Positions 61,389 to 64,000 of a stretch of 64,000 bases of DNA are shown in pieces. The notes under the pieces were generated by a model that was not told the origin of the DNA, did not search any database, and was given only the letters and a program-made list of their open reading frames with translations. Within the stretch, counting starts at the first letter, position 1. The number at the start of each line of letters is the position of its first letter. The stretch is from positions 256,001 through 320,000 of the forward strand of contig CAWAUM010000001.1 of NCBI GenBank assembly GCA_963785235.1. Direction: 5' to 3'. The position numbers and the translations under genes were made by a program. This DNA comes from an uncultured delta proteobacterium. Lineage in GTDB: Bacteria > Desulfobacterota > Desulfomonilia > UBA1062.

Positions 61389-62311
61389 CTCGTGGGTACT
61401 ATAAGGGCATTTTTGATGGCATATGCCATTTCAAGGGCCTTTAGCCCTGCTGTACCGTCCACCACGACAGGGCTGCCGTGGAGCGCTGCGTCCACGAAGG
61501 AACGGATTTCGGAGGCAAGGGCGTCCGATTCTGATATGGCAATGTGCTTGTGTTGTATTTCCCGTGATTCATTCAATGTATAGACATCCACCTTGGCCTT
61601 GGCAAAATCCAGCGAGATATAGGAGTCCGGCTGGAAGATCCTTATCTTGCGCATCACCTCGGCGCTCACCCTGCTGGCCGTAATGTTGGCGATACAGCCG
61701 GATTCAAAACGCAGCCTGGCGTTGGCAATGTCGACAGAGTCCGTGAGCACCGGCACACCAATGGCTTCCAAGGAGGCAACTTTCGAGTCAACAAGGGAAA
61801 GGATGATGTCCAGATCATGGATCATGATGTCAAGGACCGCATCTACATCCGTACCGCGGGCCCTGAACGGGCTGATCCGGTGGGCCTCAATGAACATGGG
61901 TTTTGTTATGCTGCCGCTCAGCTCAAGCAATGCCGGGTTGAAGCGCTCCAGGTGCCCGATCTGGAGGATGGCGCTGCCGGTTTGCGAGGCGGCGATAATG
62001 GCAGATGCCTCATCGAGTCTCCCTGCAACCGGTTTTTCAAGCAACACTGCCACCCCGGCCTCAAGCAAGGGTATGGCCACCTCTGCATGCCTGGAAGTGG
62101 GGACTGCGACACTGGCGGCGTCGATCATGCCTTTGACTGCCTCCACAGATGTGTAAAAGTCAGTGCCTACCTCGCCGGCTACCTCTTGGGCCCTTGCCTT
62201 GTCGATGTCTACGACACCCACAAGCTCGACATTTTCCAATGCGGCAAATTTTTGGGCGTGGAATCGCCCCAGGTATCCCACCCCGATCACTGCAACCTTG
62301 AGTTTTTTCAC
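61385..62311 (-). CDS. Gfo/Idh/MocA oxidoreductase (GnnA-like UDP-GlcNAc 3-dehydrogenase)
   Basis: VIGVGYLGRFHA, LEKP, GHLERFNPA and DIMIHDLD motifs; position between lpxA and lpxB. Confidence 0.8.
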   Translation of the reverse strand: MKKLKVAVIGVGYLGRFHAQKFAALENVELVGVVDIDKARAQEVAGEVGTDFYTSVEAVKGMIDAASVAVPTSRHAEVAIPLLEAGVAVLLEKPVAGRLDEASAIIAASQTGSAILQIGHLERFNPALLELSGSITKPMFIEAHRISPFRARGTDVDAVLDIMIHDLDIILSLVDSKVASLEAIGVPVLTDSVDIANARLRFESGCIANITASRVSAEVMRKIRIFQPDSYISLDFAKAKVDVYTLNESREIQHKHIAISESDALASEIRSFVDAALHGSPVVVDGTAGLKALEMAYAIKNALIVPTR

Positions 62312-63084
62312 CTGGTGATACCTCTGCGTGTAGATGTGAGAAATGCGATCAGCCGTGAGATTTCTTCGGCCCCTTGAAATTCCTGTTCGAGTACAGCCAA
62401 CGCATCCTTCAGGAGAAGGCCTTGTTTGAACAGGATACTGTAAGCCTTTGTGATCCGCGCCATCTGCTCCTTGGTAAATCCGTTTCTCTTGAGCCCTATG
62501 GTATTCATGCCGTAAAGCCTTGCCCTGTCACCTGATGCCTTGGCATAGGGTGGGATGTCCAGGCTCACCATGGAACCTCCGCCCAGGATGGCAAAGGCGC
62601 CTACACGCGTAAACTGGTGGATGGCGGAAAGACCGCCGATGATGGCATTGTCATGGATCTCCACATGGCCTGCGAGTGTTGCGAGGTTTCCCATGACCAC
62701 ATGGCTGCCCACGATGCAGTCATGGCCCACGTGGCAGTAAGCCATAAGGAGGTTGTTGCTGCCGATGGTGGTTACATGTTTATCTTTGGTGGTGCCCCGG
62801 TTCAGTGTCACGAATTCGCGGAATGTATTGTTGTCGCCGATGACAAGCCTTGTCTCTTCACCCCGGTATGAATGGTCCTGGGGCGGTGTGCCGACGCTGG
62901 CGTATCCTGTGAAGGTGCACCCTTTCCCGATTGAAGTGGGGCCTTCAATCATGCAATAAGGGCCTATAAAGGTGCCTTCGCCGATCTGTACCTTGTCCCC
63001 GATGAGCGCAAACGGCGCAACCGTTACGTTTTCGGCCAAAATGGCCCCTGGTGAGACGCTGGCGGTAGAGTCAATCCTTGACAA
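62308..63084 (-). CDS. lpxA: UDP-N-acetylglucosamine acyltransferase
   Basis: Hexapeptide repeats; PPQD, REFVTLNRGT, MAYCHVGHDC and HQF motifs. Confidence 0.95.
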   Translation of the reverse strand: MSRIDSTASVSPGAILAENVTVAPFALIGDKVQIGEGTFIGPYCMIEGPTSIGKGCTFTGYASVGTPPQDHSYRGEETRLVIGDNNTFREFVTLNRGTTKDKHVTTIGSNNLLMAYCHVGHDCIVGSHVVMGNLATLAGHVEIHDNAIIGGLSAIHQFTRVGAFAILGGGSMVSLDIPPYAKASGDRARLYGMNTIGLKRNGFTKEQMARITKAYSILFKQGLLLKDALAVLEQEFQGAEEISRLIAFLTSTRRGITR

Positions 63085-64000
63085 GTTCTTTTACCTTCCT
63101 TTCCAGCTCGCGCACACGCTTTAAAAGCTCCGGCAGATCCTTGTATACATTCTGGACCCTGAGCCAGTGTTTGTGGTCCATGGCAGGGAATCCCGAGATC
63201 ACCTTGCCGGCAGGTATGTCTGTTACAATACCGGTACGGCTGGCTGCAGTGACACCGTCACCGATGGTGATGTGACCGACCACGCCGCACTGGCCTGCCA
63301 GCACGACTCCCGCCCCGATGCGGGCACTGCCGGAGATGCCTGTCTGGGCCACGATGATGGTATGGTCACCCACCACCACGTTATGGCCGACCTGTACGAG
63401 GTTGTCCATTTTAACGTCCGAACCTATCCTGGTGCTGGTAAGGGCTGCCCGGTCGATGGTGCAGTTGCTGCCGATCTCCACATGGTCGCCTATAATGGCG
63501 ATCCCCTTCTGGGGAATTTTGACATGTTGCTTCCCGTCCCAGACAAACCCGAACCCGTCTGATCCGATGACGACCCCTGCATGGATGATACAGTGATCAC
63601 CGATTGTACATCCGTCATAGAGTACTACATTCGGGTAAAGTATGGTGTGTTCGCCTACAGCAGCACCATCACCGATAAAACAGCCTGGATAGATCACGGT
63701 GTTTGGCGAGATGCATGCCTGAGCACCTATGTACACATGGGGATGGATACAGGCATCTGCGTGCACCTGAGCATCCGGATGCACATAAGCAAACTCTGAT
63801 ATACCCGGGCGTATGGGTTTTCCCGGGTAGATAAGCTGCAGTACCTGTGCAAAATAGAGGTAGGCATTGTCGGTTATGATCTGTGAAATGGGCAGATCAA
63901 ATGCGGCCTGGACAATGACAGCACCGGCCTTGGTGTCTTTCACCGCCTCACGGTACTTGAGATTGGCCAGGAAGGTTATATCACTGGCCACGGCCTCCTC
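63071..64000 (-). CDS. lpxD: UDP-3-O-acylglucosamine N-acyltransferase (5' end beyond the window)
   Basis: ITFLAN.KY, IGSDGFGF, KIPQ.G, TIDRA and KMDNLVQVGHN motifs. Confidence 0.95.
   Translation of the reverse strand, partial: EEAVASDITFLANLKYREAVKDTKAGAVIVQAAFDLPISQIITDNAYLYFAQVLQLIYPGKPIRPGISEFAYVHPDAQVHADACIHPHVYIGAQACISPNTVIYPGCFIGDGAAVGEHTILYPNVVLYDGCTIGDHCIIHAGVVIGSDGFGFVWDGKQHVKIPQKGIAIIGDHVEIGSNCTIDRAALTSTRIGSDVKMDNLVQVGHNVVVGDHTIIVAQTGISGSARIGAGVVLAGQCGVVGHITIGDGVTAASRTGIVTDIPAGKVISGFPAMDHKHWLRVQNVYKDLPELLKRVRELERKVKELVKD

Noticed and set aside
1-64000. CRISPR array, prophage, transposase or defence system
   Set aside because: No regularly spaced direct repeats and no cas, phage or transposase genes seen. 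The DUF853 HerA-like ATPase has no adjacent nuclease or Sir2 partner, so it is not called a defence system.

Overview
A 64-kb chromosomal window from a Gram-negative bacterium. Gene content and style (multi-PAS hybrid kinases, a sigma54 activator, NikR-NikMQO, acyl-CoA metabolism) suggest an anaerobic Desulfobacterota/Deltaproteobacteria member; this is an inference. In order: (1) a minus-strand chemosensory cluster (MCP-cheW-cheR-cheD-cheB-atypical soluble receptor-STAS-cheY-cheA, cut by the window edge); (2) a signalling array with a sigma54 promoter/IHF/enhancer module, a REC-PAS sigma54 activator, three multi-PAS hybrid kinases, a second atypical receptor paralogue and a convergent NarL/HisKA_3 pair; (3) an acyl-CoA region (CoA-transferase-GNAT fusion, Cys-rich ECF sigma, hbd, a crotonase remnant, CoA-transferase, nitroreductase, thiolase, acyl-CoA dehydrogenase) whose genes share a conserved ~45-bp upstream element; (4) glnS fused to a tRNA-binding OB-fold, ycbB/ycbK, a DUF853 ATPase, tRNA-Glu and tRNA-Gln; (5) a eukaryote-like PFK-2/FBPase-2 bifunctional protein, a pseudo-receiver-TPR protein, an omptin-like barrel and a PAS kinase; (6) nikR with an ECF-type Ni/Co transporter, an MCP, an RHH protein and tRNA-Cys; (7) a lipid A cluster (lpxD-lpxA-gnnA-like-lpxB-msbA-lpxK-gmhB and two lpxL-like genes). 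Nine single-base frameshifts in six genes, including lpxK, look like uncorrected long-read errors. No CRISPR array, transposase or integrase is visible. All family calls come from motif recognition by eye, not database searches.
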